From: Azolla caroliniana
Lineage: Eukaryota > Plantae > Polypodiophyta
Length of the DNA: 64,000 nucleotides
Direction: 5' to 3'
Assembly: GCA_043228905.1 (NCBI GenBank)
Contig: JBHGNT010000014.1
Location: 13,764,001 to 13,828,000 of the forward strand
Shown piece after piece: positions 1 to 13,400 of this stretch. Position numbers and translations under genes: made by a program. The notes under the pieces are model-generated. The model saw nothing but the letters and a program-made list of their open reading frames with translations. It ran no database searches and was not told the origin of the DNA. Numbering within the stretch: position 1 is the stretch's first letter; each line of letters starts with the position of its first letter.

Positions 1-1599
1 CGTAATCACAACTCCTTCCACCACTCACTTGGTTCACTAATTATCCTTGTTGATCATAAATCAACAAACATCGTCATTGGTTTCATCCTTGGAGGTATTC
101 TACCTATGAGGAGGTGTGTTTGGGTTTATTTAGAAACAAATTGTGAATTTGCATGTAATTAAAAGAAACTAAGAAATAATCCACCTTTTGCCATGGAACG
201 TGCAAACACAAGAAAGACTCCAGTCAACAAAGCATAAACAATTGGTGAAGGGCACACTTGAAGAATGTTCACTTAGCACAAAATGAGCACATTCATGGAA
301 GCAAGTTGTATAGAACCTGGACACTTGCCAATGCATACACTAAGCAAACAAACAAAGATAACTTGGAAAAACCTTGACACTTAGTGAAACAAACAAAGTC
401 CAAATTGTGTGAAGTCATAAACTTGGCAAACAAGGATTATACAATAAAGCTCATTTGGAAAAACCTTGGCACTTCGTGAAACAATGAACAAAATCCAAAT
501 TGTGTGATTTTTGCATGTTCAATGAACAAAATTGATCAAAGCCTCAATATACGTGGCAATTGTGTATGCTTAGTAGTTCATTTAAGGAATAAATTTGATG
601 AAAGGTGCACATGTCACATCCAAAATAGTGAGAATGTGTGTCTAATCACATAAAAAAATGTGACTACTTGATGATTTTGAATTCGATATGAGTAAATCAA
701 AAGTTGCTCCAATAGTAGACAATGGACATGATTTTTACTCTCTCGAATTAATAAGATTCAGATTAATAAATTGTATTTCATGGTTTACATACATAATAGA
801 AATTCATCTAGTTTTAAAAGAAAACATTCAAACTTCCATGTTTTTTTTTCATTAGGTAGATACAAATTCATTTAATTGTTTATCCTCTTTGTTCCAAGTT
901 CTACCAAAACAAGACATAAATAGAAAAATAGTACTTATTAAGAACTTTGAGACCAATTGAACATTCTGAAGTTTGTGTTTTGAAAACTTAGGCGAGTTAT
1001 GGTTATGGATGATGTAGACATGAAAATCCTATTCAAAATACATGTCCACGACTTCCATGGTACTCATGCATATAAAAGTTTGAGTGCATTCCAAGTTCAT
1101 AGCATTGAAAGGAGGTACACATATGCATGTCATCATCATAACAGATGTGTGATATGGGCTCGTACAATTTTAAATTTTGTTGTTGTTTAATCCCTTCATG
1201 AATGCTACATGATATAAATGTTCGCTTTCGTTTTTAGTCTCTTCTTTGCAAAGTAAAACCAAATTACATGAATTTTATGGAACAATAGAAAATGAATGTT
1301 CTAATACAACACACATGTGTGTCTAGGTTTTGAGGAAAAACTTCTTAACCTTACAAAAGAATATTAAGCAATAGCCTTTTGATTTAGAATTAGAATTTTT
1401 ATTGTCCATAAAGAGGCCAGTTTTGACCTATGGGACAAGAGTATACATGTGTTCTTGATATGTGTCTCCTTCCTACGAAGGGGTATTCATACATTGAAGC
1501 ACAAAGTCTCTATGCGTGAATAAAACATACACATATGAGCTCAACCTTCTAGGTGGTGTCTTAAGTATGACACTTAAGTTATCACTCCCTCTTAGTATG

Positions 1600-1917
1600 T
1601 CAGCATATCTTGAACGTATAAGTCGAGCCTATGAAGAGCAAGTGACATTCATCCTCTACCATACCTTCATTGCATAGTTTACATGTCTTCAAATTCGTTA
1701 CATTTTGATACCATGATGCAACTTCAATACCTAACTTGTGAGATTGAGTGCGAAGTAATGTAAGGGCTCTATGAACATTACTACTCATATTGGTGATGAG
1801 ATAAGGTTGGATACGATCAATAGGCATTCTTGCTTTATATTGAAACCAACATTCAGGGTTGACATTTGTAATGTAGTATTCTAGCTTTGTCCTCTTAGCA
1901 TATTCCCAATTTCCCAC
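1600..1917 (-). pseudogene. Non-LTR retrotransposon (LINE) ORF2 C-terminal Cys/His remnant
   Basis: LRTQSHKLGIEVASW...CKLCNEGMVEDECHLLF resembles the C-terminal R-x-S-H-x-L-x-I-E...CxxC...VEDExH motif of LINE RT proteins; no RT core visible. Confidence 0.55.
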
Positions 1918-2122
1918 TTCATCCCTAATGATTCCACCAACCTTTCCTCAATCATTATGTAATGCATAGCATCGCCCGAAAGTTCTAAAAGATCATCCAC
2001 ACCTCATCTTCTAAACCATTATGTCAACAACCCAACCGGATGAGAGAATCTTACTCTTATGATTCTTTTGTAGCTTACATCCAACATTCCATGCAAAGAC
2101 GTGGTAATCAATGATTCGACAT

Positions 2123-2387
2123 TGTCGTAGTGTGCTTCGTACACTATGTGAAATGTGCACGGAGTACCCGATTGAATAAGTATGAAGAAAAAGGAGAAAA
2201 ATGTTAAAACATTGTTACATGCATAGGGTAGGATTCAGACATTATACTCGTGGGATTTACGAGTTTTCTATCTCTCTCTCTTACAATCTATTCATAACTA
2301 GATTCGTCTCAAATTCCTCCTCCTAGTCCAAAACCTTGGCGGATTCCACCTGACTCACGCAACGATCCGGTGCCAAAAGGCACGACA
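2123..2387 (+). mobile_element. Short solo LTR (M), TGTCG..CGACA type
   Basis: Termini tgtcgtag..cacgaca; perfect 4-bp TSD ACAT (2119-2122, 2388-2391); both ends match the reverse complement of the solo LTR at 54791-55438. Confidence 0.8.
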
Positions 2388-2804
2388 ACATATTCTTGAC
2401 ATTTATAATGCATTTATAAACTCTTTGGAGTGCCAATATTTTTATGGATCGAACACTTGTTTCCAAGAGCATAACCTAGTAAGAGGTAAGCGAATAGGTG
2501 AAATATGCCTTTCTTGTTGACCTCTTCTAGAGGTTCGAGCACAAGGTAGATTCTCTTTTCTTTAAGTTTTTCTCCTTTGCTAGATTTTCCCAAGTTCATG
2601 GTAGTTGTAAATGTTTCACAAACATAGCCATAACAAAGTGTAGAATTAGTTAGGCTCATAGTTGCTTCATTTACATAACCATCCATGTCATCCTTAGAAG
2701 ATTCAATGTTGCTAATATTGAGGAGGGTTCTAGCCTAGGCCTAAGAAATGTTTTTCTGTGGTTTAGGGTTTAGGGTTCTAGCCTAATATTCAATGAGCTG
2801 TTCT

Positions 2805-2844
<40 letters not shown>

Positions 2845-2936
2845 GTGTGTTCAAGCTTTCCATTAAACCTTCGTTTTGTGTTCTGTTGGTATCTGGCTGA
2901 GCCGTTTATCTAAGCTTCCACACACGATTCATTACA

Positions 2937-2948
2937 TGGTATCAGAGC
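2937..2948 (+). promoter_or_regulatory. PBS (tRNA-iMet) of copia A
   Basis: TGGTATCAGAGC directly after LTR end ..attaca. Confidence 0.92.
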
Positions 2949-3019
2949 TCTAGGGTTGAGAACTGTTCAAAACAGACAAACCCTAATCGTCAATAAAACA
3001 CAGAAGAGAGAAGAAAGAT

Positions 3020-6000
3020 ATGGGTCGAAGCATGGAGAGCTCGCTTCCTACAGAAAAGCTCGACCAGAGTAGCTATGCGTCCTGGTCGTATAAAATGCAC
3101 CAGTACTTGCTGGGGCACGGATACGGGAGTTACGTGGAAGAAGCAAACATTGCAATGCCGGATTCCGCACACAAGGACTTCCAGACATGGGAGTAAGGAG
3201 TGAGTAGAGTGCTATACTGCCTCGCGTCCTGTGTGCACGATCAGATGCTCGGCTACATCAGAGACGCAAAGTCGCCGAAGGAGGTCGAGGAAAATCTCTG
3301 GAAGAGTTTCGCCACAAGTACCACAACTGGGAAGTTGCAGCTCCGGCAAGAGCTCAACAATATCCGGCAATGGGACATGTCGGTTACCGACTACACCACT
3401 AAGATCAAGGAGATTTGTGATACACTTGGCTCCATCAATGTGATGGTGGATGAAGACGAGATGGTCCAGATCTGCCTCGGTGGTCTAACACAATGATACA
3501 AGCCAATCCGGACGGCAATTTGCACCCAAATGAAGCCACCGTCCTTCTTCACCCTGCAATCGATGCTAATGGTCGAAGAAAACCATGCGAGTGGGTCAAC
3601 CAGATAGCTGGATACTGTACACGGAGGCGGATCGTCCCCGTGGGCGTGGAGGACAAGGTGGGTCGACACGCAATGGAGGCGACCGACAAGAACATAATTA
3701 GAGGCATAGGGATGGTGCCTACAACAATTCCGGACCCTCCACAAGCAGGGGTAGTCAAAGCGGTGCCGGAAACTGGCAAGGAAAGACCAACACAGAATGC
3801 TGGTATTGTGGTAAGAAGGGCCATGGGAAAGCAAGTGTTGGAAGAAGTGCGCCGATTCGGATAAATCCGATCTGGTAAGGCCGAACAAGGGAACCAACAG
3901 AGCTTGCACTACGTTGAGGGATCGGAAGGCAAACTCGATGAAGAAAACCACTTCTGGATCGGAGGAAGTGTGGTATGTTGATTCCGAAGTGTTCAACCAT
4001 ATGAAGAGTCACGAAGAGTGGTTACATATCTGGAAAAACTTGAACAACCGGGAGTTGTCGAAACCAGAGACGACACTCCTCACTCGATTGAGCGTGTTGG
4101 AGAAGTTCCTCTCAGCCATGTCGAGTAGAGAGGGAAGCTCATGAACGTGTTGCATGTTTCGACAATCACGAAGAACCTGGTGTCAGTTAGACAAATCGTC
4201 AACCAGGGGATGTAGGTGCGGTTTACGCACCTCGGGTGCTTCATCGAGGAAGAGGGCTAGATCACTGTGCAAGGGCGCCAAGAAGGGAGGATGTTCATCC
4301 TCGACAACAACGACCTAGGCACCGCTTTGTTCGCAAAAGGGCAGAATGTCGAGTCAGATATAGACTTGTGGCACAAGCGGATTGGCCACCTCAATTACCG
4401 AAGGCTCCAGGACTTGCAATCAAAACAGGTTGTATTTGGATTGCCAAAATTTAGTGGCCGGAAGGCCCAAATTTGTGAAGCCTGCAAACTCGGGAAGCAA
4501 CACCGCCTTCCATTCCCCACCGAAAGAAACCGGAGCCGTAACAAGATTCATCTAATACATTTGGATGTATGGGGACCGATACAGAATGTTAGTCTTGGCG
4601 GGAGTTGATATTTCGTCTCCTTCATCGATGACTTCAGTCGGCACACATGGATCTATCTGATTGAGAGGAAAAGCAAAGTTTTTGAACGTTTTCGGAATCT
4701 ATAGAGCTTAGTTGAATGGGAAATGGAAAGGAAGATCAAGTGTCTATGGTCGGATGGCGGAAAAGAGTACTTTTTTGGCCAATTCAACCGATATCTGCAA
4801 CAAGAAGGAATTCGGGGAGAATTCAGCTATCGATACACGTTGGAACAAAACAGCGTAGACGAGCGGAAAAACCGGTCGATTGTCGAAGCGGCACGAGCAA
4901 TGCTGGAGGAGAAGAGCATGCCCAAGTTCTACTGGGTCGAAGTGGTTCGAACAACTGTGTACATCCAAAATCGGATTGGGGATAAGGTGTCAGTACACGA
5001 GCTATATTTCGGGCGAAAACCGAATTTAAGGCACCGTAAGGTATTCGATAGCATAGCTTATGTGCATGTACTGTATGAGAAGTGGAGAAAGCTGGATCCG
5101 AAGTCGGAGAAGTGCATACGGGTCGACTACTCTTATGAGCAAAAGGGGTATAAGTGCTACAACCCTCGGACAAAGATAGTCCGAGTAAGCCGAGATGTTG
5201 AGTTTGACGAATTAACATCTTGGTACTATCTACCGACTTCGATCCCCGACTCCGACCCGATTCCAGAAGATGAGGCCAGTGAGCCAGACACGACCCGGGT
5301 AGAAGAAGAAGAGGAGTTCGGTACCCTAGATGAGAGTCCGATCTCATTTTGGCTGAGTAGGCCAAATGAGCGACTAAGTCAAAACGACTAGTTGGACGAA
5401 GCGTTGGCGAGTAATGGAGACTCGGTTGTGCTCTGCCCGTGCAACGAATGGAGGAGACGGTTCACGCACAAAGAAAAAGGGAAAAAGAAGATGCCGGAAT
5501 ATGACATTGGTAGGGATGAATAAGATTGGAGTGAATTTGACTCCAGAAAGAACAGAGACAGATATTCGGAAGAGAAGTTTGAGTAAGCCAAGAGGGCCTT
5601 GAAATCAGCTAACGAAAAGTGAAGCCGATTGACCCGCCATAAGAACCCTGTAAAGAGGTATGGATATAACGAGTACACGACGCATCACTATGCGTACATG
5701 AAGAAAGTGGCGGAAGTGCGTGAGCCGGAGAGCCACACAAAAGCGGTGAAAGACGCGAACTGGTGTGTCATGATGGAGGAAGAGATGCGGGCACTTGATG
5801 CCGATCGGTTGCAAGTGGGTGTACAAGGTAAAGTATAATGTTGACGGTTCGGTCAACCGGATGGTTCGTGTGGTGCTAGCAGTTGCTGCGGCAAGGGGGT
5901 GGCATCTTCACCAAATGAACGTGACGAATACGTTTCTTTAAGGTGATCGTGATGAACAAGTCCACATGACTTAGCCCCCCGGTTTTCAGTCGGAGATGAA

Positions 6001-6234
6001 CAAGTCGGTAGTGTGCCGACTCAAGAAGTCGCTTTACGGCTTGAAGCAAGCCCCCCGAGCCTAGAATTCAAAAATCACGCACCGGTTGTAAAGATGGGGT
6101 TTGCGACCTCGAAGTTTGACTTTTCATTGTTCATCCGGAAAGGTCTGGAAGGTCCAATATGCATTTTTTTTGTATGTCGACGACTTGGTCGTTACCAGAC
6201 CGAACCTCCTTGAAATTGGCCAAGTGAAGTCCCA
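3020..6234 (+). pseudogene. Copia A gag-protease-integrase-RT (5' part), many stops and frameshifts
   Basis: [11 protein letters not shown] (gag), WYVDSEVFNHM (protease), LWHKRIGHLN..CEACKLGKQHR (GAG-pre-integrase), LWSDGGKEY and VSRDVEFDE (integrase), start of RVT_2. Confidence 0.92.
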
Positions 6235-6693
6235 TGTTACGGGCATGACCATATAATATCCTGTGGTGAGAATTTACCGTAGTATTCTATACACGTGGAT
6301 AAGTGTGAGGGTTAGTTAAACAAGAGTGTAAAGAAGGGGATGATTACTTTTAATCCTCGGGATTGAGACAACCCATTAGGCCAAGTGTGAACTTGCCTGG
6401 GGGCCTTGGATCTCGTTATAAAATATGAGGACTAGCTACCATCATTTCATCATCTCTTGACTACATCAAGACTCTGTTTCGTGGTGGGTCAACTCTTGTA
6501 GTGAGAGCACCAGCACCAGGTACGACTCGATGCTATGGAGATGGTATGGGACGCCAATCGAGGCTCGAGTTCGTCTCGATCCCTTCGTTCGGGGGTGGTC
6601 AAGTGGGTCGACACCCTTCTTTCTCTCCCTCCTTTCTTATTTCATATATATTATATCCTTATCATATGCTTACATTAGATCATCACTCTAACA
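6235..6693 (+). repeat. 5' LTR of B
   Basis: tgttacgggcatgacc..ctctaaca; homologous to 40910-41337 and 60539-60993. Confidence 0.92.
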
Positions 6694-8423
6694 GTTGGTA
6701 TCAGAGCTTATGTTTCTAATGTTTCTTTTGTTGGTTTTTGGTGTCTTCTTGATGGATGGTGATCAATTGACGTGTGGCTGACCTTGATCCAGATAACGAT
6801 CAACAAAGGAACTTCGGTAACTCTTTCTTGTTTTTTTTCTATTCTTTCTTCTCCCAATCTAATCATGTATAGTCAATATGTTTTTTCTTTATTGATTCAA
6901 TGATATTGTAATGGTAATGGATTGATTGTATAAAACGTATTGATATGTGTATGAGATCAATACCTCATTTGACATATATTTGATATGTGATTTGTATCGT
7001 ATCCATATGAGGTTAATACCTTAATTGCGTATTACATTCACATACATAGGTTACCTATGCTTGTGAGGTCAATACCTCGATTTCCTTTTAAATGATATGC
7101 GTTTGGTGTCGTATGCGTAAGAGGTCAATACCTCAATTGCGTATTTTTGGATGTTTTGTGTGCGCGGAGGCTATTTGCCTCAATTACATCATTGTTGGCT
7201 ATGAGATATTACGATTTTTTTAAATATATGCATATGTGGTCATGTGTATACGTATTTGATCGTATATATGTGATAAATATACATATGTGTATATTAGTTA
7301 TTACGTGATTTCTATATCGAATGTTTCCTTTTCGGGGAAAGGATCTTGGTGGCCATCCTCACATTTTTGTGAGAATGGCATAGTCACCATCCTTTTTTGA
7401 ACAATTTTTTTGTTGACATCCCCGTTGGTCACTTTGATTTCATTACGTAATGAAACAATCTTAGCAGTTGGGGACACGACGGGGGAATAGAATAGTTACG
7501 AAGGAAGAAGGAATAGAAGATCTACAAGAAGAAGTGAGGAAGAAGAAGGGAGGAAGAAGAAGGGAGGAAGAAGAAGAAGATTAGAATAAGTGAGAAGACG
7601 ATTAGTAGAAGAAAGAGAGAAGACGGAAAGACTATTTTAGTAATAGAATATTGAAGTAGTTATTTGGGGTTGTTACTCTTGGACTATAAGAAGATTGTAT
7701 TCTTTTCTTAATAATATATTCAAGTATTCTTTTTTCTTCCTCTTCTCTTCTCTATCTTTTTTCTCCCTCTCTTCATCAGTAACGTACCACATAGTTTGTG
7801 GTAAACGAGAGGGAAATAAGGACTCTTGACATATGTGTTTCTTTTAAAAAAACTTATATTGGAAAATGCCTCGCATATCTCTTATACGCATAAAAAATTA
7901 AACATTCAACACGAGCAACCTATTTGGTTAGCTCAAGTGTTTAATGCTGTTGTTCTCGAGGTCCCGAGTTCAAATATGACCAAGACCATACAACATTGTT
8001 GATACATATGACTATAATACATGTTTAGACTTTAGGTCTAAGTGCACTTCGAGGTCCTCATAATAGACCTTAAAGAGCCGAAACCACATATGTGGGCACA
8101 GAAACATAGTTTATTGTTAACATTTTTTTCGTGTATAAACTATTCATGACGCAAACATACATGGTTAAGCCTCTAGGAGTTGCCAATAAAAAATCGATAT
8201 AGAGATCAGGGAAAGACATTCATTTGTCACCCCCATGGTTTTTAAAACACCTTTGTGTTACCATAGTAACTTGATCTTGAACCTCATCTCATACGTTTAG
8301 AGGGGTATTGACGTGAGATCATGATATCGATTAATGTTGGCCCGTGATATGTTTACATCATGACATGATGTTATGACTATTTGTTTGACCTTATCCTATT
8401 TCTTTTCTAGAAATTATCATTCA

Positions 8424-9177
8424 ATGGCTCATAATAATGACCCGATGTCATCCTCTCAAGCAGAAGGAACTCAAGGAAATCCTCTTGGGCCAATCTCCAT
8501 TGAGTCGTATTTCTTAGAACTAGGGGGTATGGCCGATCATCAGATGTCCGAACTTCGACAATCTCATAATGCTCTTGAGGCATGTGTCATTAGTTTACAA
8601 TGTGACACTAATAACCTTGATGAGTATTAGGGTGAACCATCATTTGTCGTAAAGCCATCTACGGGAGAAAAAAATGAAAGAACTGAAGAAGCAATTTGCA
8701 TGTGGCTAGGTCAATGGGAGTCTCATTTTGAGCTCTATCCCACGCCAGATAGTACGAAGATTGCATATGTCGGTTCAGAACTAGGGGGTAAGGCCGCCGC
8801 TTGGTGGCGTGGGCTACGAATTTTGGGGAAATTGCGCGATACTTGGACAGATTTTGTCACAATTTTCAAGCACCAATTTTTGCAACCTCCCTCTTGAACT
8901 GAGGCAGCACAAGCTTTAATGAACCTCTCTAGCAGGAAATTTTCCTCGCTAGAAGACTATGTTATGTTCACCATGCTAGAACCCAAATCTAAAATTCGTG
9001 TCTAGAAGGGGACAATTGTTTGATAACTTGTTTTGTCAATGGTATCCCCAATTCGGACTATCATTGGAGAGTGCATGATAAGGATCCAAAATCCTTCGAA
9101 GTGGCCGTTGAAATAGTTCTTTGCTATCAACGCACTTTGAAGAAGGAACATAACAAACCCAACGAAGCGCCCGGGAC
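8424..9177 (+). pseudogene. B gag, N-terminal part
   Basis: WLGQWESHF..KIAYVGSELGGKAAAWW..TWTDFVTIFKHQF is Ty3 capsid-like; colinear with the copy at 62684-63440. Confidence 0.8.
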
Positions 9178-10365
9178 GGTTGAGCGTCAAGCTCAACTAG
9201 AGCCGGATCGGCTGAATAAGCCTGAGCCGGCAAGTGAGATGGATCGGTAAGCCGTGAGCAACCGAGCCGGCAAGCAACAGAGCCGGTGAGCTGGGGAGCC
9301 GGTTAGCCGGATCCAATCAGTAACCGAAAGCCTAGTATTAGTTTAGACTACTAGGCAATTATAGTCTCGGTGTAAGTGTCAGAAACTCATGTGAGCATTG
9401 AAGTACGCTGTCGTGTTACTACGCACGTGCGTGGAGAAACGAGGCGGGACCACCAGGGTCTTGAACCGAAGAGCAGGTGATAGAAGGGGAAAAGAGAGAG
9501 AGAGACACTTGTCACGTATGAGCAAAGAAACATAGGAGCACGGCCCGTCAACACAGAAGATGCGAATGGACACAGAGACATGGAGACACAAGTTTTTGTA
9601 GATTAACGAATAACAAATACACAACAGAGCATGCGAGCTATTACAACCGAACAGGCCGGCGAACAGATGCCGATGCTTGTTCGTCTGCGCACGAAAGGAG
9701 AAAAGGGTGGAGGTGCTGCCGGAAGCACACGGGCGTTCCTCGAAGCAGTGCGAGCCTCCCGAAACCCTACAGAGAAGAGCGATCGAGAACGAACAGAGGA
9801 GAAGCGTTCCGTTACGGTCCGACAACACTTCGTCCTCCTTAATGCGCGATCCCTTCTCTCTGCGTCTCCTTCTCCTTTATAGCGTCCAGAAGGGAGCTGT
9901 TACCCGGACCCGGACAGTCAGTTTTACCGAACAAGTGGGAAAGCGTCGAAAACAGAGTCGGTTCGGATCGACTGTTCGGATCAATGACTCAGCAGTAAAC
10001 GAAGAGAACTAAGTTAGTTAGATAATTTTGTAAATCTTGATAGTAAGTAGGAATAGTTCTTGATGAGAAAAGACCTTCGGTATACCTATAAAAGGGAACC
10101 AAAGGCATTGTAAGAAAGGTCGTTTTATTTAGTAATATAAGTTTAAGTTAGGAATATCCTGTACGGATTCTGTGTTCTTTCTATTGTCTATGTTCTTAAG
10201 TGCAAGCTTCCTAATTTATAACTAAGTAACGATCACGGTAATTACCGATTAATATAGTATAATTCCGTTCGTAAAACACAATTCCTTGTTAGAACGTTGA
10301 GTAGCGACGTTCACTCTTCTGTATCGGTAGTAGTTAGTAATTAGCCGATTAACACAGAAGAATTT

Positions 10366-10378
10366 TGGCACGCCCGGT
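10366..10378 (+). promoter_or_regulatory. Candidate PBS (tRNA-Arg UCU) of E
   Basis: TGGCACGCCCGGT is complementary to the plant tRNA-Arg(UCU) 3' end as recalled; exact LTR end (10354/10356 or 10382) is ambiguous. Confidence 0.7.
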
Positions 10379-10413
10379 TACATCTGCAATTAAGCAGAGA
10401 ACAATTCGAATGG

Positions 10414-13400
10414 ATGTCGTATGAAGAGGAGGCACCGGTCAGTTGTAAGCGCCCTCGTACAAGGTCAGTTACGAAGGTAGTGCAGCAAGCGTTCATTGCA
10501 CAAGAACAGTCGGAATCAAGCACAAAGTGGTCGAAACTTCCTGACTTATCCGATCAATTACCTTCAGACGAAAAACAGACGGAAGAGGTATCGTTTTACG
10601 ACATTTGGGACGATATGCCTTATACTTATTCTAAGTTCCGGGAAGGAACAGATGCGGAAGCACATGTTAGGGATTTCTTAACGACATGGGAGATTAACCA
10701 TGGAGCTCAGCGATTGTCGGCAGATGCCGAAGATAAGTCAAAAATCGCTGAGTTCGTCTTATCATTAGACGGATATTCCGCTAATTGGTTTGCGCAGAAC
10801 GGTCTTCAAGGATTTCCATCCTTTGAAGTGTTAACTAGTAAATTTTTACAATTATTTCATCAACAAATTCCGCAGAAGGATTTGATTGCGCAATTTTATG
10901 CGTTATATCAAGAAAAAAATGAAACAGTATCTCAGTTTGTGATACGATTTCAGAACTTACAGCTTCAGATTTCAAGGCCGATTCCGGATAAGGAATTAAA
11001 AGAAGTCTTTCTAGAAGCCTCAGCATTGGAGGAGATCGATTTGGCAGGAGTAGAGGATGCTGAAAGAAAAACAGTCTTGATTGCTAGAGATTTGGCGGAA
11101 AATGACAAACGGACATTAACAACATTACTATTACAATATAAATATGTTTTTGCATGGTCGTTTGACGATATGAAAGGACTGGATCCCGCTTTTTGTCAAC
11201 ATCAAATCAATTTGCATAAAGATGCAAAGCCAGTACAACAACGCAGGTACAGGTTGAATCCGAATTATGCTATCAAAGTAAAAGAAGAAATCGATAAACT
11301 CTTAAAAGTAGGATTTATTCGACCCGTCAAAAAATCAACATGGCTGAGTCCGATAGTAGTAGTCCCGAAAAAGAATGGGAAAATTCGCGTATGTGTGGAT
11401 TACAGAAAATTGAATGCAGCGACAATTACGGATGCGTTTCCGTTGCCATTCACAGATGGCATATTAGATGCAGTAGCGGGACATGAAATTTATAGTTTCT
11501 TGGATGGGTTCAGTGGGTACAACCAAGTACGGATGAATCCGGAAGATCAGGAAAAGACAGCCTTCGTCACAGAATGGGGTGTCTTTGTGGCAGTAGTAAT
11601 GATGTTCGGTTTAAAAACAGCTCCAACTACATTTCAGCGGGTAATACAGGAAATATTCGGGGAATATATTCCAGCTTTCATGCAGGTGTTTTAGATGATT
11701 TTGCAGTATATAGTCGGAAAGCTGATCATTTTGAGCATTTACGGCTATGCTTAGAAAAATGTCGAAAAGGGCGTCTTAGCTTAAATCCAGCCAAATGCGC
11801 ATTCGGAGTAATGAGTGGTACGTTACTTGGGCATATTGTCAGTCAAGAAGGGATTGCAGTGGACCCAGACAAAGTTAAAGCAATTATTGAGGCAACACCA
11901 CCAACAAATGCTAAAGCTCTAAGTAGATTTTTGGGTCAAATTCGGTGGCACAGTAGAATGATGAGATATCTAGCAGACATTGCTATCCCGTTACACACAG
12001 CAGTACACAAAGTTCCTTTTATATGGACAAGTATAGAACAAGATGCATACGAATGTCTCAAGAAGATGCTGACGAAGGTTCCGGTAGTTCAACCACCGGA
12101 CTGGAACAAACCATTTCATGTTTTCGTCGATGCGTCGGACATTGCCATTGGCAGTGCTTTAATGCAATTATCCGAACCAAACTGGTATAGGCCGGTATAC
12201 TATGCCAGTAGGAAACTTTCGTCGGCCGAAAGAAACTATTCAACAACCGAAAGAGAAGCTTTGGGAATGATATATAGTGTGAACAAATTTCGACATTACC
12301 TTTTGGGTAAGAAATTTACATTTCATGTGGATCATTCGGCTTTACTATATCTAGTTTCCAAACAAGAATTGACAGGCAAGTTAGCCAGATGGACGTTATT
12401 GCTTCAAGAGTTTGAATTCGACATTATACATCGACCAGGAGCACAGCACGCGATTGCTGACTATCTCAGTCGGCTTGAGTCTGGAGAAGAAGCGGTTGGG
12501 GTTAAAGATGATTTTCCAGATACTCAATTATTTCGGGTTGAGGCAGTAAAAGCACAGGAAGTGAATGAGGAAAAAGAGGATGAATGGATTTCCGAAATGA
12601 CGATATTTCTATCAACAGGAATTCCGGCCGAACACATGTCGACAGATGAAAGAAAAAGAATTGCAGTACGAAGTCGGAATTTTTGTTTATTTAATGACAT
12701 ATTGTATCATAAAGGAGCGGATGGAATATGGCGAAGGGCAGTACGAAAATTTGAAAAATCAGCCATATTAACAGAGTCACATTGTGGAATTGCTGGCGGT
12801 CATTACGCAGGAGAAGCAACAGCCAGAAAAATATGGAATAGCGGGTTATGGTGGCCAACGGTGATGAAAGATGCTAACGAATACTATAAGAAATGCGATT
12901 TGTGTCAAAGAATTGCAGTACGAAGTCGGAATTTTTGTTTATTTAATGACATATTGTATCATAAAGGAGCGGATGGAATATGGTGAAGGGCAGTACGAAA
13001 ATTTGAAAAATCAGCCATATTAACAGAGTCACATTGTGGAATTGCTGGCGGTCATTACGCAGGAGAAGCAACAGCCAGAAAAATATGGAATAGCGGGTTA
13101 TGGTGGCCAACGGTGATGAAAGATGCTAACGAATACTATAAGAAATGCGATTTGTGTCAAAGAATGGGGCAACCAACCGAAAAGGATCGAATGCCTTTTC
13201 AACCGGTTTTACCTCTTGAGCCATTTCAGAAATGGGGCTTAGATTTTGTTGGCCCATTCAAACCAGCAGCTGCAAGAACCGGTAATCGATATATCATAAT
13301 TGCGACTGACTATTGCACAAAATGGGTTGAAGCAAAAGCTCTCAGGGACAATACAGCAGCATCCACAGCAAAATTCCTGTATGAGTGTATATGGTGTCGA

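Noticed and set aside
1-1590. AT-rich region with short direct repeats (about 360-413 and 455-505)
   Set aside because: No ORF, termini or TSD that I can support; probably old TE debris
2762-2775. TTTAGGG x2, plant telomere-like
   Set aside because: Only two units, and explained as filler copied from the adjacent agggttctag sequence
7490-7630. GAA-rich stretch that could encode a Glu/Lys-rich protein
   Set aside because: Low complexity, stops present, lies in a retroelement leader
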